The notes under the pieces are model-generated. The model ran no database searches and was not told the origin of the DNA. It saw nothing but the letters and a program-made list of their open reading frames with translations. 64,000 nucleotides of DNA. Origin: a virus (taxonomy: Duplodnaviria; Heunggongvirae; Uroviricota; Caudoviricetes). Below are positions 41,414 through 51,299 of the stretch, piece after piece; the first letter of the stretch is position 1; the number at the start of each line of letters is the position of its first letter. The position numbers were made by a program, and so were the translations under genes. The stretch is from IMG/VR virus record IMGVR_UViG_2778260994_000001; one strand, written 5' to 3'.

Positions 41414-41510
41414 ACTTTCGCCATTCAAATTTCACTATTAACTGACTGTTTTTAAAGTAAATTGCTCTAAAATTTCAAGGTGAAATCGCCACGGTTTCAC
41501 CTTGGATTTT
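41414..41510. other. parS-like centromere: heptamer ATTTCAC and hexamer TCGCCA boxes around an AT-rich core
   Basis: TCGCCA at 41418 and 41485; ATTTCAC at 41428; inverted TGAAAT at 41481; TTTCAC at 41495. Confidence 0.7.
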
Positions 41511-41637
41511 ACCTTCCTCCCCTCCTCCCGAAAAAATAAAAAAATTGCTTGTCACGAGAAAGTCAACAAGTGACTTTCAATAAAATCTCTTCCGAAAAGG
41601 GATTCACACAAGTGCCTTGTGTTTAAGGAAGAGTAAA

Positions 41638-43344
41638 TTGAGTAACTTACGCGAATACCAGAATCGTATTGCAGATATCGCAAAACGCTCTAAAGCAGTG
41701 CTTGGCTGGGCAAGCACTGCGCAGTTCGGTACTGATAACCAATTCATTAAAGATGATGCCGCGCGTGCCGCATCTATCCTTGAAGCTGCACGTAAAGACC
41801 CGGTTTTTGCGGGTATCTCTGATAATGCCACCGCTCAAATCGCTACAGCGTGGGCAAGTGCACTGGCTGACTACGCCGCAGCACATAAATCTATGCCGCG
41901 TCCGGAAATTCTGGCCTCCTGCCACCAGACGCTGGAAAACTGCCTGATTGAGTCCACCCGCAATAGCATGGATGCCACTAATAAAGCGATGCTGGAATCC
42001 GTCGCAGCAGAGATGATGAGCGTTTCTGACGGTGTTATGCGTCTGCCTTTATTCCTCGCGATGATCCTGCCTGTTCAGTTGGGGGCAGCTACCGCTGATG
42101 CGTGTACCTTCATTCCGGTTACGCGTGACCAGTCCGACATCTATGAAGTCTTTAACGTGGCAGGTTCCTCTTTTGGTTCTTATGCTGCTGGTGATGTTCT
42201 GGACATGCAATCCGTCGGTGTGTACAGCCAGTTACGCCGCCGCTATGTGCTGGTGGCAAGCTCCGATGGCACCAGCAAAACCGCAACCTTCAAGATGGAA
42301 GACTTCGAAGGCCAGAATGTACCAATCCGAAAAGGTCGCACTAATATCTACGTTAACCGTATTAAGTCTGTTGTTGATAACGGTTCCGGCAGCCTACTTC
42401 ACTCGTTTACTAATGCTGCTGGTGAGCAAATCACTGTTACCTGCTCTCTGAACTACAACATTGGTCAGATTGCCCTGTCGTTCTCCAAAGCGCCGGATAA
42501 AGGCACTGAGATCGCAATTGAGACGGAAATCAATATTGAAGCCGCTCCTGAGCTGATCCCGCTGATCAACCACGAAATGAAGAAATACACCCTGTTCCCA
42601 AGCCAGTTCGTTATCGCGGCTGAGCACACGGTACAGGCGGCGTATGAAGCACAGCGTGAATTTGGTCTGGACCTGGGTTCCCTACAGTTCCGCACCCTGA
42701 AAGAATACCTGTCCCATGAACAGGATATGTTGCGTCTCCGCATCATGATCTGGCGTACTCTTGCGACCGACACCTTTGACATCGCTCTGCCGGTTAACCA
42801 GTCCTTTGATGTATGGGCAACCATCATTCGTGGCAAATTCCAGACTGTATATCGCGACATTATTGAGCGCGTTAAATCTTCTGGTGCGATGGGGATGTTT
42901 GCTGGTGCTGATGCAGCATCTTTCTTCAAACAGTTGCCGAAGGATTTCTTCCAGCCAGCCGAAGACTATATCCAGACTCCGTATGTTCACTACATCGGTA
43001 CCCTGTTCGGTAACGTGAAAGTGTACGAAGTACCTGCTGGTATTTGTAAGAACTTAACGACAGAGAACATTCAGTTCAGCTCGATGGATGTGCTGTGCTA
43101 CGTCCGTGATGAAAATCCGGGTAAAGCAGGCTTCGTGACTGGTGATGCTGTCCCGGCCATCCCGTTCCAGCATCCGACCACTCCGGCGCTGGTCAACCGT
43201 ACCACGCTGTGGGGTTCGGCTATCAACGATATGCACCCACGCAACGGCGCTGATTACTTCACTCGTGTAACGCTGACAATGGCCAAAAAAGGCGGGCTTA
43301 ACTTCATAAGCGGCGACACGATTGATGCCGGTGACTCTGAGTAA
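41638..43344 (+). CDS. Putative major capsid protein (TTG start after AAGGAAGAG RBS; ORF-track start 41617)
   Basis: Large ORF at head of the plus-strand structural operon, followed by sheath-like gene; assignment by position and size. Confidence 0.5.
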   Translation: MSNLREYQNRIADIAKRSKAVLGWASTAQFGTDNQFIKDDAARAASILEAARKDPVFAGISDNATAQIATAWASALADYAAAHKSMPRPEILASCHQTLENCLIESTRNSMDATNKAMLESVAAEMMSVSDGVMRLPLFLAMILPVQLGAATADACTFIPVTRDQSDIYEVFNVAGSSFGSYAAGDVLDMQSVGVYSQLRRRYVLVASSDGTSKTATFKMEDFEGQNVPIRKGRTNIYVNRIKSVVDNGSGSLLHSFTNAAGEQITVTCSLNYNIGQIALSFSKAPDKGTEIAIETEINIEAAPELIPLINHEMKKYTLFPSQFVIAAEHTVQAAYEAQREFGLDLGSLQFRTLKEYLSHEQDMLRLRIMIWRTLATDTFDIALPVNQSFDVWATIIRGKFQTVYRDIIERVKSSGAMGMFAGADAASFFKQLPKDFFQPAEDYIQTPYVHYIGTLFGNVKVYEVPAGICKNLTTENIQFSSMDVLCYVRDENPGKAGFVTGDAVPAIPFQHPTTPALVNRTTLWGSAINDMHPRNGADYFTRVTLTMAKKGGLNFISGDTIDAGDSE

Positions 43345-43404
43345 TCAGGGGAAGTTCTCCGTTTAACATAGCGCCCCCGTGCGGGGCGCATAACAGGGAA
43401 AGTT

Positions 43405-44994
43405 ATGTCTCAATATTCAATTCAACAGTCATTAGGTAATGCATCCGGCGTCGCGGTTAGCCCGATCAATGCCGATGCGACGTTATCTACCGGTGTTGCA
43501 TTAAATAGCAGCTTGTGGGCTGGTATTGGCGTATTTGCGCGTGGCAAGCCGTTTACTGTTCTTGCGGTTACTGAGTCCAATTACGAAGATGTTCTCGGCG
43601 AACCGCTGAAGCCGTCTTCCGGCTCACAGTTCGAACCAATTCGCCATGTATACGAAGCTATTCAGCAAACGTCTGGTTATGTTGTCCGTGCTGTTCCGGA
43701 TGATGCGAAGTTCCCGATTATTATGTTCGATGAATCAGGCGAACCGGCTTACAGTGCGTTGCCATACGGTTCTGAAATTGAACTTGATAGTGGCGAAGCC
43801 TTTGCTATCTACGTTGATGATGGTGATCCGTGTATTTCACCTACCCGTGAGTTAACCATCGAAACGGCAACAGCGGACAGCGCGGGTAATGAACGCTTCC
43901 TCCTGAAACTGACCCAGACGACTTCGCTCGGCGTGGTAACGACCCTGGAGACACACACTGTGTCTTTGGCGGAAGAAGCGAAAGATGACATGGGCCGCTT
44001 GTGTTATCTGCCTACGGCTCTGGAAGCCCGTTCTAAATATCTGCGCGCGGTTGTTAATGAAGAGCTGATTTCGACGGCGAAAGTAACAAATAAAAAATCG
44101 CTGGCGTTCACTGGCGGTACCAACGGCGATCAGTCGAACATTTCCACTGCTGCTTACCTGCGTGCGGTGAAAGTGCTGAACAATGCGCCGTACATGTACA
44201 CCGCTGTTCTCGGCCTGGGTTGCTATGACAATGCGGCGATCACTGCGTTAGGTAATATCTGTTCTGATCGCCTGATTGATGGCTTCTTTGATGTCAAACC
44301 GACATTGACGTACACGGAAGCGATCTCTGCTGTTGAAGATACCGGTTTACTTGGTACCGATTATGTAAGCTGTGCTGTCTATCATTTCCCGTTCTCCTGC
44401 AAAGACAAATGGACCCAATCCCGCGTGGTCTTCGGTCTGTCTGGCGCGGCGTATGCGGCGAAAGCTCGTGGCGTCAAGAAAAACTCCGATGTCGGCGGTT
44501 GGCATTACTCACCGGCTGGTGAAGAACGTGCCGTCATCGCTCGTGCATCACTTCAGCCGCTGTATCCTGAAGACACCCCGGACGAAGAAGCTATGGTCAA
44601 GGGCCGACTCAATAAAGTATCTGTAGGTACTTCGGGCCAGATGATCATCGATGATGCTTTAACTTGCTGCACGCAGGACAACTATCTGCATTTCCAGCAC
44701 GTCCCATCCCTGATGAACGCAATCAGCCGTTTCTTTGTCCAGTTAGCCCGACAGATGAAGCATAACCCGGACGGCATTACTGAGTCTGGCCTGACTAAAG
44801 GGATGACCAAACTTTTGGATCGCTTTGTCGCCTCCGGCGCTCTGGTGGCTCCTCGTGATCCTGATGCTGACGGTACAGAACCGTATGTGCTGAAAGTTAC
44901 GCAGGCGGAATTCGATAAATGGGAAGTAGTCTGGGCCTGCTGCCCGACTGGCGTAGCCCGTCGTATCCAGGGCGTACCGCTGCTTATTAAGTAA
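43405..44994 (+). CDS. Putative contractile tail sheath protein (529 aa)
   Basis: Size and position next to tube-like genes; no search run. Confidence 0.5.
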   Translation: MSQYSIQQSLGNASGVAVSPINADATLSTGVALNSSLWAGIGVFARGKPFTVLAVTESNYEDVLGEPLKPSSGSQFEPIRHVYEAIQQTSGYVVRAVPDDAKFPIIMFDESGEPAYSALPYGSEIELDSGEAFAIYVDDGDPCISPTRELTIETATADSAGNERFLLKLTQTTSLGVVTTLETHTVSLAEEAKDDMGRLCYLPTALEARSKYLRAVVNEELISTAKVTNKKSLAFTGGTNGDQSNISTAAYLRAVKVLNNAPYMYTAVLGLGCYDNAAITALGNICSDRLIDGFFDVKPTLTYTEAISAVEDTGLLGTDYVSCAVYHFPFSCKDKWTQSRVVFGLSGAAYAAKARGVKKNSDVGGWHYSPAGEERAVIARASLQPLYPEDTPDEEAMVKGRLNKVSVGTSGQMIIDDALTCCTQDNYLHFQHVPSLMNAISRFFVQLARQMKHNPDGITESGLTKGMTKLLDRFVASGALVAPRDPDADGTEPYVLKVTQAEFDKWEVVWACCPTGVARRIQGVPLLIK

Positions 44995-45003
44995 GGAAAT
45001 ACA

Positions 45004-45819
45004 ATGAGCAAAAACTTTTTTCAATCCGGGGCATTTTTGGGGAATGGACTGTCTCGTTTCGCTTTGAACTCTGATCCTGTGCAGTTGATGGAGTCTGCCC
45101 GAGCAAGCGCCGAACCGACAACAGATCCGGTTATTAATAATAATCCGGAACCGGAGCCACAGACTAACGATAACGTTCCATCTGCCACGGCTCCTGAGCA
45201 AATCCTGGAAGGGAAAGACGGTAAAGAATGGACCGTCGAACAGGCGCACCAGATGATTCTGGAAGCTGCAAATCGAAGTGCTATGCAGAATGCGTTGAGT
45301 GATGCGGCCGACGCCGTTTTCGCCTGGGCTGATAGCGGTGATCTGACTTTCGACTCCCTTGATGGTTTCGTTCAGGCTATCGCTGGTATCTCTGATGACG
45401 ACGACTCCGAAGTTACAGAAGAACAGGACGATGCCTATAACGAAGCATGGGCAAATGTTGCTGACTTCCTCGCGGCATGCGGTGTAGATGATGACCTGAT
45501 CGAAGCACTGGCTGACGATGAAGACGACGACGCAGCTGCTGATGTTGGTGCCTCTATCGCTGGTTTAGATAGCGACGACCGCGACGAACTGGAAGCGGCG
45601 TTTGTTGTTGCTGGCACTTCTGATGAAATGCTGACTGAAGCATTTAAGAAGGTTGTTCGTAACGGTGAGATCAAACTCATCCGTAAACGCCTGCGTAAAA
45701 AACGTCTGACTGCGGCTCAAAAATCGGCGCTGAAAAAAGCGCGTCGTAAAGCCCAGACCGGCGCGGCAAAACTGGCCCGCAAAAAGTCAATGAAACTGCG
45801 CCGTAAGCGCCTCGGCTAA
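45004..45819 (+). CDS. Hypothetical acidic protein with Lys/Arg-rich C-terminal tail (271 aa)
   Basis: D/E-rich middle, KRLRKKRL... C-terminus. Confidence 0.6.
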   Translation: MSKNFFQSGAFLGNGLSRFALNSDPVQLMESARASAEPTTDPVINNNPEPEPQTNDNVPSATAPEQILEGKDGKEWTVEQAHQMILEAANRSAMQNALSDAADAVFAWADSGDLTFDSLDGFVQAIAGISDDDDSEVTEEQDDAYNEAWANVADFLAACGVDDDLIEALADDEDDDAAADVGASIAGLDSDDRDELEAAFVVAGTSDEMLTEAFKKVVRNGEIKLIRKRLRKKRLTAAQKSALKKARRKAQTGAAKLARKKSMKLRRKRLG

Positions 45820-45854
45820 AGGAGGAGGCCGGAGAACTCCGGCCTTTAACTTGA

Positions 45855-46436
45855 ATGGCACCTATACCTTATGGGGTTTACAGCCAGGCTGACGGTGTAT
45901 CGCCATATCTGAAAGTTACTTTAACGAACTCTCAGTACCAGGTTACCGGATATATCAGCCAGGGAGCGGCAATGAACATGGCCCAGAATTGGGAAGCGCC
46001 GTTTACCGGTATGTCCATGGGATCTGTTGCTGGTGCCTTCAGTGGTTTTGCGCAGGTTGGTACTGAAACAACGTCGGTTGCCCGTTGGAACAGCTTAATG
46101 GTTTGGGAAGGGGGAACACCGCCGACTTTCACGCTGCCAGTAACTTTCATCGCTTTGTTTGACCCATTCACGGAGGTTTCAGGAGCTATCGCCGCATTGT
46201 CAGCGATGATTAGCCCGGAACTTAAAGATGCCAGTATTGGTGGTCGAATCCCGGAGCGTGTGACGCTAAACATTGGTCGCCGGATCAACATCATTGATGT
46301 CGCTATCCAGGACATAAGTTTCGATCTCGATGCGCCCAGGGACAGCAATGGGCATTTCCTGAAAAACACCGTCAACCTCCAGTTGACCGGTTCTTCGATA
46401 TATAACAGCTCCGATATTGTTCGGGCGTTCCAGTAA
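45855..46436 (+). CDS. Hypothetical tail-associated protein (193 aa)
   Basis: ORF in structural operon. Confidence 0.5.
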   Translation: MAPIPYGVYSQADGVSPYLKVTLTNSQYQVTGYISQGAAMNMAQNWEAPFTGMSMGSVAGAFSGFAQVGTETTSVARWNSLMVWEGGTPPTFTLPVTFIALFDPFTEVSGAIAALSAMISPELKDASIGGRIPERVTLNIGRRINIIDVAIQDISFDLDAPRDSNGHFLKNTVNLQLTGSSIYNSSDIVRAFQ

Positions 46437-46447
46437 AAGGATTTTAT

Positions 46448-46957
46448 ATGGGGCACAATAATACTAAGGGAAACCGTAAATTTATTAAGGGCCGCTATAC
46501 TGCCAACGCGGCCAAAGGCGAACGACTGGTATCTTCTGAATTCCAGCTCACTTTTGCAGGCCATGAAGATATCAGCGTACTGGTTCGCACGTCGCAAATT
46601 CCTGAAATGACCCGCGAGGATGTGGAGGACTATGGTCCGAATGGTGTGAAGTTCAACCAGCACGGTCCAATTCGAAACTCTGGGGAAATCCAGGTCCAGT
46701 GCGTGGAGACTATCGAAGGCGATATTCTTCAGTTCATTAAAGATCGCATTGCGGCGAAGGACTATGTTGATATCACGATGGCTGCGACCCCTGAATCCAA
46801 ATCTTCCGGGGTTAACGCTGTGACAAAAGCTGCTACAACAATTGAAATGTTGGACTGCAAAATCTACAGTGATGCAATCGACTTTAGTACCGAAGATGTG
46901 ACTGCTGCTGTGCGCCCGTCACTTCGTATCGTCTACAACTGGATTGAGTGGGATTAA
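46448..46957 (+). CDS. Putative tail tube protein (169 aa)
   Basis: Size and position downstream of sheath-like gene; followed by a strong terminator. Confidence 0.45.
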   Translation: MGHNNTKGNRKFIKGRYTANAAKGERLVSSEFQLTFAGHEDISVLVRTSQIPEMTREDVEDYGPNGVKFNQHGPIRNSGEIQVQCVETIEGDILQFIKDRIAAKDYVDITMAATPESKSSGVNAVTKAATTIEMLDCKIYSDAIDFSTEDVTAAVRPSLRIVYNWIEWD

Positions 46958-46976
46958 GAGTCATCCCTTGTATTTT

Positions 46977-47000
46977 AAAGCTCCTTCGGGAGCTTTTTTT
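46977..47000 (+). terminator. Intrinsic terminator closing the capsid/sheath/tube operon
   Basis: AAAGCTCC-ttcg-GGAGCTTT followed by TTTTT. Confidence 0.7.
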
Positions 47001-47128
47001 ATAACTATTTTATATAAACATGCATCGATAACATTGTCTGGAGTTTTATGTTAGATTATTAATGTTCTAATAAACTACAATTATTGAGGTAGATGTTTGT
47101 GCCTGTACTGTTAAAGGGGGACTCTAAA

Positions 47129-47725
47129 ATGGCTGTGATTCCAATGTCGTACTCCCCGGGTACTGTCGCTCGTCGATTTTCGATCCTGGACGGAGTTACC
47201 ATCCAGGGTGTGCTTTACCAGGTTATATGGGATTCCAAAACCCCATTTGCAGCTGTAATAGAGGCTGCGCCTTCTATTATCGATGGTGATATGCGCCATA
47301 AGGTTGTCGCTACTCTTGAACTTCAACGTCGCCCGCAGCTTGAAGGCGTACTGGTAAGGAAGTTCTGGGAGGATAGCGATGTTGCCCAGATTGAAGGTAT
47401 CGTGGTTGATGGAACCGTCCGGGATGTCGGTTTAGCTACTTTTGTTTACGAAACCGTAGCCTCAAAAGCTGGTGTTGTTTTGCTCAGTGATAATGAGCAA
47501 TACGAAGGTGGAAAAGCTCTTTGGCAACACATCGCCCGTCGCTCTTCCGAGCTAAAAGTGTTTATCCTTGACACCGATGCCGCTCAGTATTACCCGTTTG
47601 ACGGCGAACGTGTTTGCTATGACGGGGTAAGTATTCCTGAATCCGAGATATGGAGTGAACACCCAGATCGAAGTAAGCATGGGGTTGTTCTGGTCGCTGA
47701 ATCCATAATTGGAAATGCGGCATAG
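47129..47725 (+). CDS. Hypothetical protein (about 198 aa; ORF-track start 47093)
   Basis: GGGGG RBS before the ATG at 47129. Confidence 0.6.
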   Translation: MAVIPMSYSPGTVARRFSILDGVTIQGVLYQVIWDSKTPFAAVIEAAPSIIDGDMRHKVVATLELQRRPQLEGVLVRKFWEDSDVAQIEGIVVDGTVRDVGLATFVYETVASKAGVVLLSDNEQYEGGKALWQHIARRSSELKVFILDTDAAQYYPFDGERVCYDGVSIPESEIWSEHPDRSKHGVVLVAESIIGNAA

Positions 47726-47907
47726 CAGTAAAAAATTCCTTGCTCCTTAAAAGGGGAGAGGGTTAATCTACGTATGCTAAGCATAGAGATGGCCTCAGAT
47801 TAATGTTAAGCGTCTTGCAGGACGCGTAATGTTATCTGGGGCTTTCTTCTATCTGCTTTTCGGGTAATGCCTGAAGCAGATAGCCTCAAGCACCCGTAAC
47901 GATTGTA

Positions 47908-48153
47908 TCAATGTCTGGCTTTTTTTCTATAGAAATCACCAGGAAGGGTGAATATCCACATCAGAAGAAATGTTGCAGCAAACATGATCCCTAATGGCCA
48001 GACCGCGCCAAAGAAAATCCATACTAAGATCTCCTCTGTTCGTTCTTTGCGGTCGATATCGACAAGCATTCTTCGGCTGATCATGTATACACAGAAGCCA
48101 ATACAAACATATCCTGCAAAAGCGATCGCTAACTGTAAAAAATCAGATTGCAT
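47908..48153 (-). CDS. Small two-TM membrane protein (about 81 aa; ORF-track start 48234)
   Basis: MQSDFLQLAIAFAGYVCIGFCVYMI...ILVWIFFGAVWPLGIMFAATFLLMWIF; GAGG RBS; upstream extension would overlap repL. Confidence 0.5.
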   Translation of the reverse strand: MQSDFLQLAIAFAGYVCIGFCVYMISRRMLVDIDRKERTEEILVWIFFGAVWPLGIMFAATFLLMWIFTLPGDFYRKKARH

Positions 48154-48203
48154 CTCCGACCTCAAACTGAAAACGCCAGGTGACTCCAGATTAGAGCAAT
48201 CTA

Positions 48204-49049
48204 TCACCCTCTGAATCCTGCCGGTATACCCCATTGTTCGTTATCTTTATTTTTGGCTAAAACCGCATTAAGAGCTTTGTTTACCGTCATGCAATGCGGC
48301 AGATTATCGAAGTTTGATATCCCGCAAATATCAGGAGAACGCTTGTTCTTCAGGTAAGCATATTTCCGCGCTGCCGCCTCTACTTTCTGCTTGAACTCAT
48401 GTTTTTGAGCGCGTTTTTTGGATAACCGCAGATTGTCAGCCTTTGCTTTTGCCTCAGCGATCCATGAAGTCAATTTTTTGAGTCTGCTCGTTCCGGCACC
48501 GCCGGAAACTGATCTTTTTGTTTTTTTAACTTGTGACTTCTTATTCTTTATTGCCACGTCATCCTGACAGGGGGAGGGGGTATCATTTTGACATGGGGGT
48601 GTGGATAAAAAATTAAATAAAGCCAATGTCTTAGCGAGAACAGCTTTAACCTTGGTTGCCGCTGAAGAGATCTTTAATTTGCTTTCAATCAGCGCATTTT
48701 TGGCTTGTTGTGCGAAGGCCAAAAAGGATGGTGTAAACCGGTACAGGTTAGCGCGACGTTCACGGTGATCGCCGATAACAATCTCTACAGACAGGATTCC
48801 TTTGTTTACAGCTTCACGGAATGCACGAACGACGGTTGATTGGCTATAACCAGTTTCTGCCGCGATCAGGCGGTGAGGCTTGTGAATGAAGTATTCACTG
48901 GTTGTTGCCGCGAGATTTGCACATTGCGACAGGATATGCCCGGCGCTACGGGATAGACCGGAGTGTGTTACAAAGCAGGCCAATTCATAGCCAGAAAAAG
49001 TAAAATCGCTCATCGTTATACAGCTCAGGAAAGTGACTTTAGCCAGCAT
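48204..49049 (-). CDS. repL: Lytic-replicon initiator RepL-like protein
   Basis: 281 aa ORF immediately downstream of the KilA-N gene in the same orientation, as in the P1 kilA-repL lytic replicon. Confidence 0.75.
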   Translation of the reverse strand: MLAKVTFLSCITMSDFTFSGYELACFVTHSGLSRSAGHILSQCANLAATTSEYFIHKPHRLIAAETGYSQSTVVRAFREAVNKGILSVEIVIGDHRERRANLYRFTPSFLAFAQQAKNALIESKLKISSAATKVKAVLAKTLALFNFLSTPPCQNDTPSPCQDDVAIKNKKSQVKKTKRSVSGGAGTSRLKKLTSWIAEAKAKADNLRLSKKRAQKHEFKQKVEAAARKYAYLKNKRSPDICGISNFDNLPHCMTVNKALNAVLAKNKDNEQWGIPAGFRG

Positions 49050-49078
49050 TACAATGCTGGTGGTTCTTACTACGTCTG

Positions 49079-49879
49079 TTAGCGCGTTGCCGCGACAGGT
49101 ACCAGCACACCAGCATCAAGCAATCGCTTCATCAGCCACTGCTGACCTTTGCCGGTTATACGAGTCGTGAAAGAAATCCTGCTTCCATTGCTTGTATCGA
49201 TCACGGTTTCTTTAAGGGGGAAATACCCACGGGATATGTATTCTTGTTTGGGGACGTTCCTGCGTTCACCGGTTGCGATCAGAATTCCGTTATCACGCAA
49301 CCAGGTGAAGAGATAGTTTTGGCCCAGGCCGAGCACTTTGGCATAGTTGCCGATTAGAACCCCGCTGGCGGTAGCAACGCGTTCGGCGAATTCGACTTTA
49401 GGTGCATCCATAAGCATTTTTTGCTCCAGCCGTTGCTTTTGCTCTGCCAGGTCGGCAGCCAAACGGAGAGCTTCAGGGAGACTCTGCGGAATAGCAGGTT
49501 GTAATCTTCCAGCTCGATAGTCGATAAATGTCTGGTTTACCTTCAGCCGAAACGCGGGAGAAATCCAGCCTGCGTACTCCACTGCGAGCAATTCATGGGC
49601 AAAAGTGCCGCCGCCACGGCCTTCGAACGAAACTATGCAATTCTGCATAGTTTCTTTTTCAAGCTCTTCGATGAGCTGTTTAGCTGACAGCGTTCTTAGC
49701 CATTGAGCTGGCGCTTTATGGGCACCGAGTCCGCTCGCTCTGTGTAGAGCATTAAGGTTGTAACGGCCAGCGCGGTCGGTCGTAATTTCAACACCACAAA
49801 TAACGGGCAGAGTGGTTGAAGGATCGACATTTTGATGAAGGTTTGATATATTCATATCCGCATTGAATGTTTGTTGCAT
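49079..49879 (-). CDS. kilA: KilA (KilA-N domain N-terminus plus antirepressor-like C-terminal domain)
   Basis: 266 aa; C-terminal 150 aa paralogous to the C-terminus of the ant product. Confidence 0.8.
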   Translation of the reverse strand: MQQTFNADMNISNLHQNVDPSTTLPVICGVEITTDRAGRYNLNALHRASGLGAHKAPAQWLRTLSAKQLIEELEKETMQNCIVSFEGRGGGTFAHELLAVEYAGWISPAFRLKVNQTFIDYRAGRLQPAIPQSLPEALRLAADLAEQKQRLEQKMLMDAPKVEFAERVATASGVLIGNYAKVLGLGQNYLFTWLRDNGILIATGERRNVPKQEYISRGYFPLKETVIDTSNGSRISFTTRITGKGQQWLMKRLLDAGVLVPVAATR

Positions 49880-49948
49880 TTTTTCTCCAAATTTGCATCA
49901 ACCTTCAATCACCAGCTCGAAATGGTGATTCTTTGCACTTAGAAAACA

Positions 49949-49965
49949 AAATTTATTAGAGTAAA
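49949..49965 (-). promoter_or_regulatory. C1-operator-like 17-mer (TTTACTCTAATAAATTT, 15/17) upstream of kilA-repL
   Basis: Minus-strand match in the kilA promoter region. Confidence 0.5.
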
Positions 49966-50010
49966 TTTTTCTGACCCGATCCAGATCGGGTTGGACGATC
50001 TGCTCAGAAA

Positions 50011-50037
50011 CCTGCCAGTTTGCTGGCAGGTTTTTTT
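50011..50037 (+). terminator. Plus-strand intrinsic terminator between ant and kilA (antisense to the operon)
   Basis: CCTGCCAG-tttg-CTGGCAGG followed by TTTTTTT. Confidence 0.6.
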
Positions 50038-50043
50038 CTTTTG

Positions 50044-51081
50044 TTAACCTATTGCTACTGGTTTTAACAAACCAGCATCAAGTAGCTTGCGAGTTAACCA
50101 CTGCTGGCCTTTACCCGTTAATTGGGGCGTCAGCCGTATCTGGTAGCCATTTTCATCATCCAGCACCACTTCTTTCACCGTGAAATACCCGGCGTTAATG
50201 TACTGCTGGCGCGGTACGTTTTTGCGCGCACCAAAAGCCATGAGAATGCCGTTCTGGCGCAACCATGAGAAAAGGGCGTTTTGCTTAAGTCCAACGACCT
50301 TTGCAAAGTTCCCGATCAGGATTCCATTAGCCGCTGATACCCGGTCGGCAAAATCGACTTTAGGGGCTGCGGCCACCAGCTGTTGTTCCAACTGCATTTT
50401 CTGTTCTGCCAACTCGGCAGCCAGGCGTAGAGCTTCTGGTAATGTTTGGGGGATCGATGGGGCAGGGGAGTTTGCCTGCTGCAATTCTTCCAGTTTGTCG
50501 ATCAGCGAACGGCGGACAGCTTTTGATTCGCGCGCGGCGACTCGCATGGCTTGTTTGAAAGTCATGGTTATGACAAGCATTGATGTTTTGTTCATTTTTT
50601 CCACTACACTTTTTGTGTAGTGCTCACCATCAAGCTCATCGAGTATTTTTTCTATGAATTTGTTGTTCCGAACCTCTGGTTCCCCACATAACTTACGCGC
50701 TTCATTGACCATCTTTAACAGTGTCAGGCTGTCGATTGTGTCTCCGGTGTTGGGGATGATATTCACGGCTGGTGCTGGCGTAGCTGACGTAACAGGTGCT
50801 GTTTTTTCAACATTCAAATTATTACCGGTCATTCTATGTGCCTCCTTTCTCATTTCTGCTGCCACTGTTGCGTAACGTAGACGTCCTTGTTCAATCAAAT
50901 AATCCCTGATCTCGGCTATCAGTAGCTTGTTGATCACAGCCTTATCTGTTCGGGTATAAAAACGTCTGGTTATCATGAAATAGTTGGCAATTGCGCCGGG
51001 GATCTCCCGTGTCGGCATACAGGCAGTGTGCAGGGCGATCGCTTCGGCTATGTCATTACGGGTGACGAGAGGTTTTTTCAT
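50044..51081 (-). CDS. ant: Antirepressor Ant-like protein (345 aa)
   Basis: C-terminal antirepressor domain shared with KilA; downstream of icd-like ORF and c4-like region. Confidence 0.8.
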   Translation of the reverse strand: MKKPLVTRNDIAEAIALHTACMPTREIPGAIANYFMITRRFYTRTDKAVINKLLIAEIRDYLIEQGRLRYATVAAEMRKEAHRMTGNNLNVEKTAPVTSATPAPAVNIIPNTGDTIDSLTLLKMVNEARKLCGEPEVRNNKFIEKILDELDGEHYTKSVVEKMNKTSMLVITMTFKQAMRVAARESKAVRRSLIDKLEELQQANSPAPSIPQTLPEALRLAAELAEQKMQLEQQLVAAAPKVDFADRVSAANGILIGNFAKVVGLKQNALFSWLRQNGILMAFGARKNVPRQQYINAGYFTVKEVVLDDENGYQIRLTPQLTGKGQQWLTRKLLDAGLLKPVAIG

Positions 51082-51299
51082 AAACCCCCCTGAACGTCGG
51101 CAGAGAAGGGGAGGCTCCAGTAACTAAGTGAATTGCGCGAGTTAGTTGAAAAACGGGCAGTAAAAATGCAGGGGCCGTCAGGCAATTGAGAGCGTGCTTC
51201 GTCTTCTGTTGCTGCGATAACGAAGTGATAGTGGTGTTTTTGGCAGGAGTAAAAGCGCCAGATAAATTCAGGATGAGTAGGGGTAGGGATAGTAGCCAC
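51078..51299 (-). CDS. icd: Icd-like small protein (73 aa, GTG start) translationally coupled to ant
   Basis: AGGAGG RBS 8 nt upstream of GTG; 4-nt overlap with ant start; length matches P1 Icd as recalled. Confidence 0.5.
   Translation of the reverse strand: MATIPTPTHPEFIWRFYSCQKHHYHFVIAATEDEARSQLPDGPCIFTARFSTNSRNSLSYWSLPFSADVQGGL

Noticed and set aside
41617-41940. parS-proximal operator-like sequence as a bona fide repressor operator, and the ORF-track TTG start at 41617 for the capsid-like gene
   Set aside because: Only the 10-bp core matches and the site lies in the expected IHF-binding core of parS, so it is reported as a finding only; the downstream TTG at 41638 has a better RBS.
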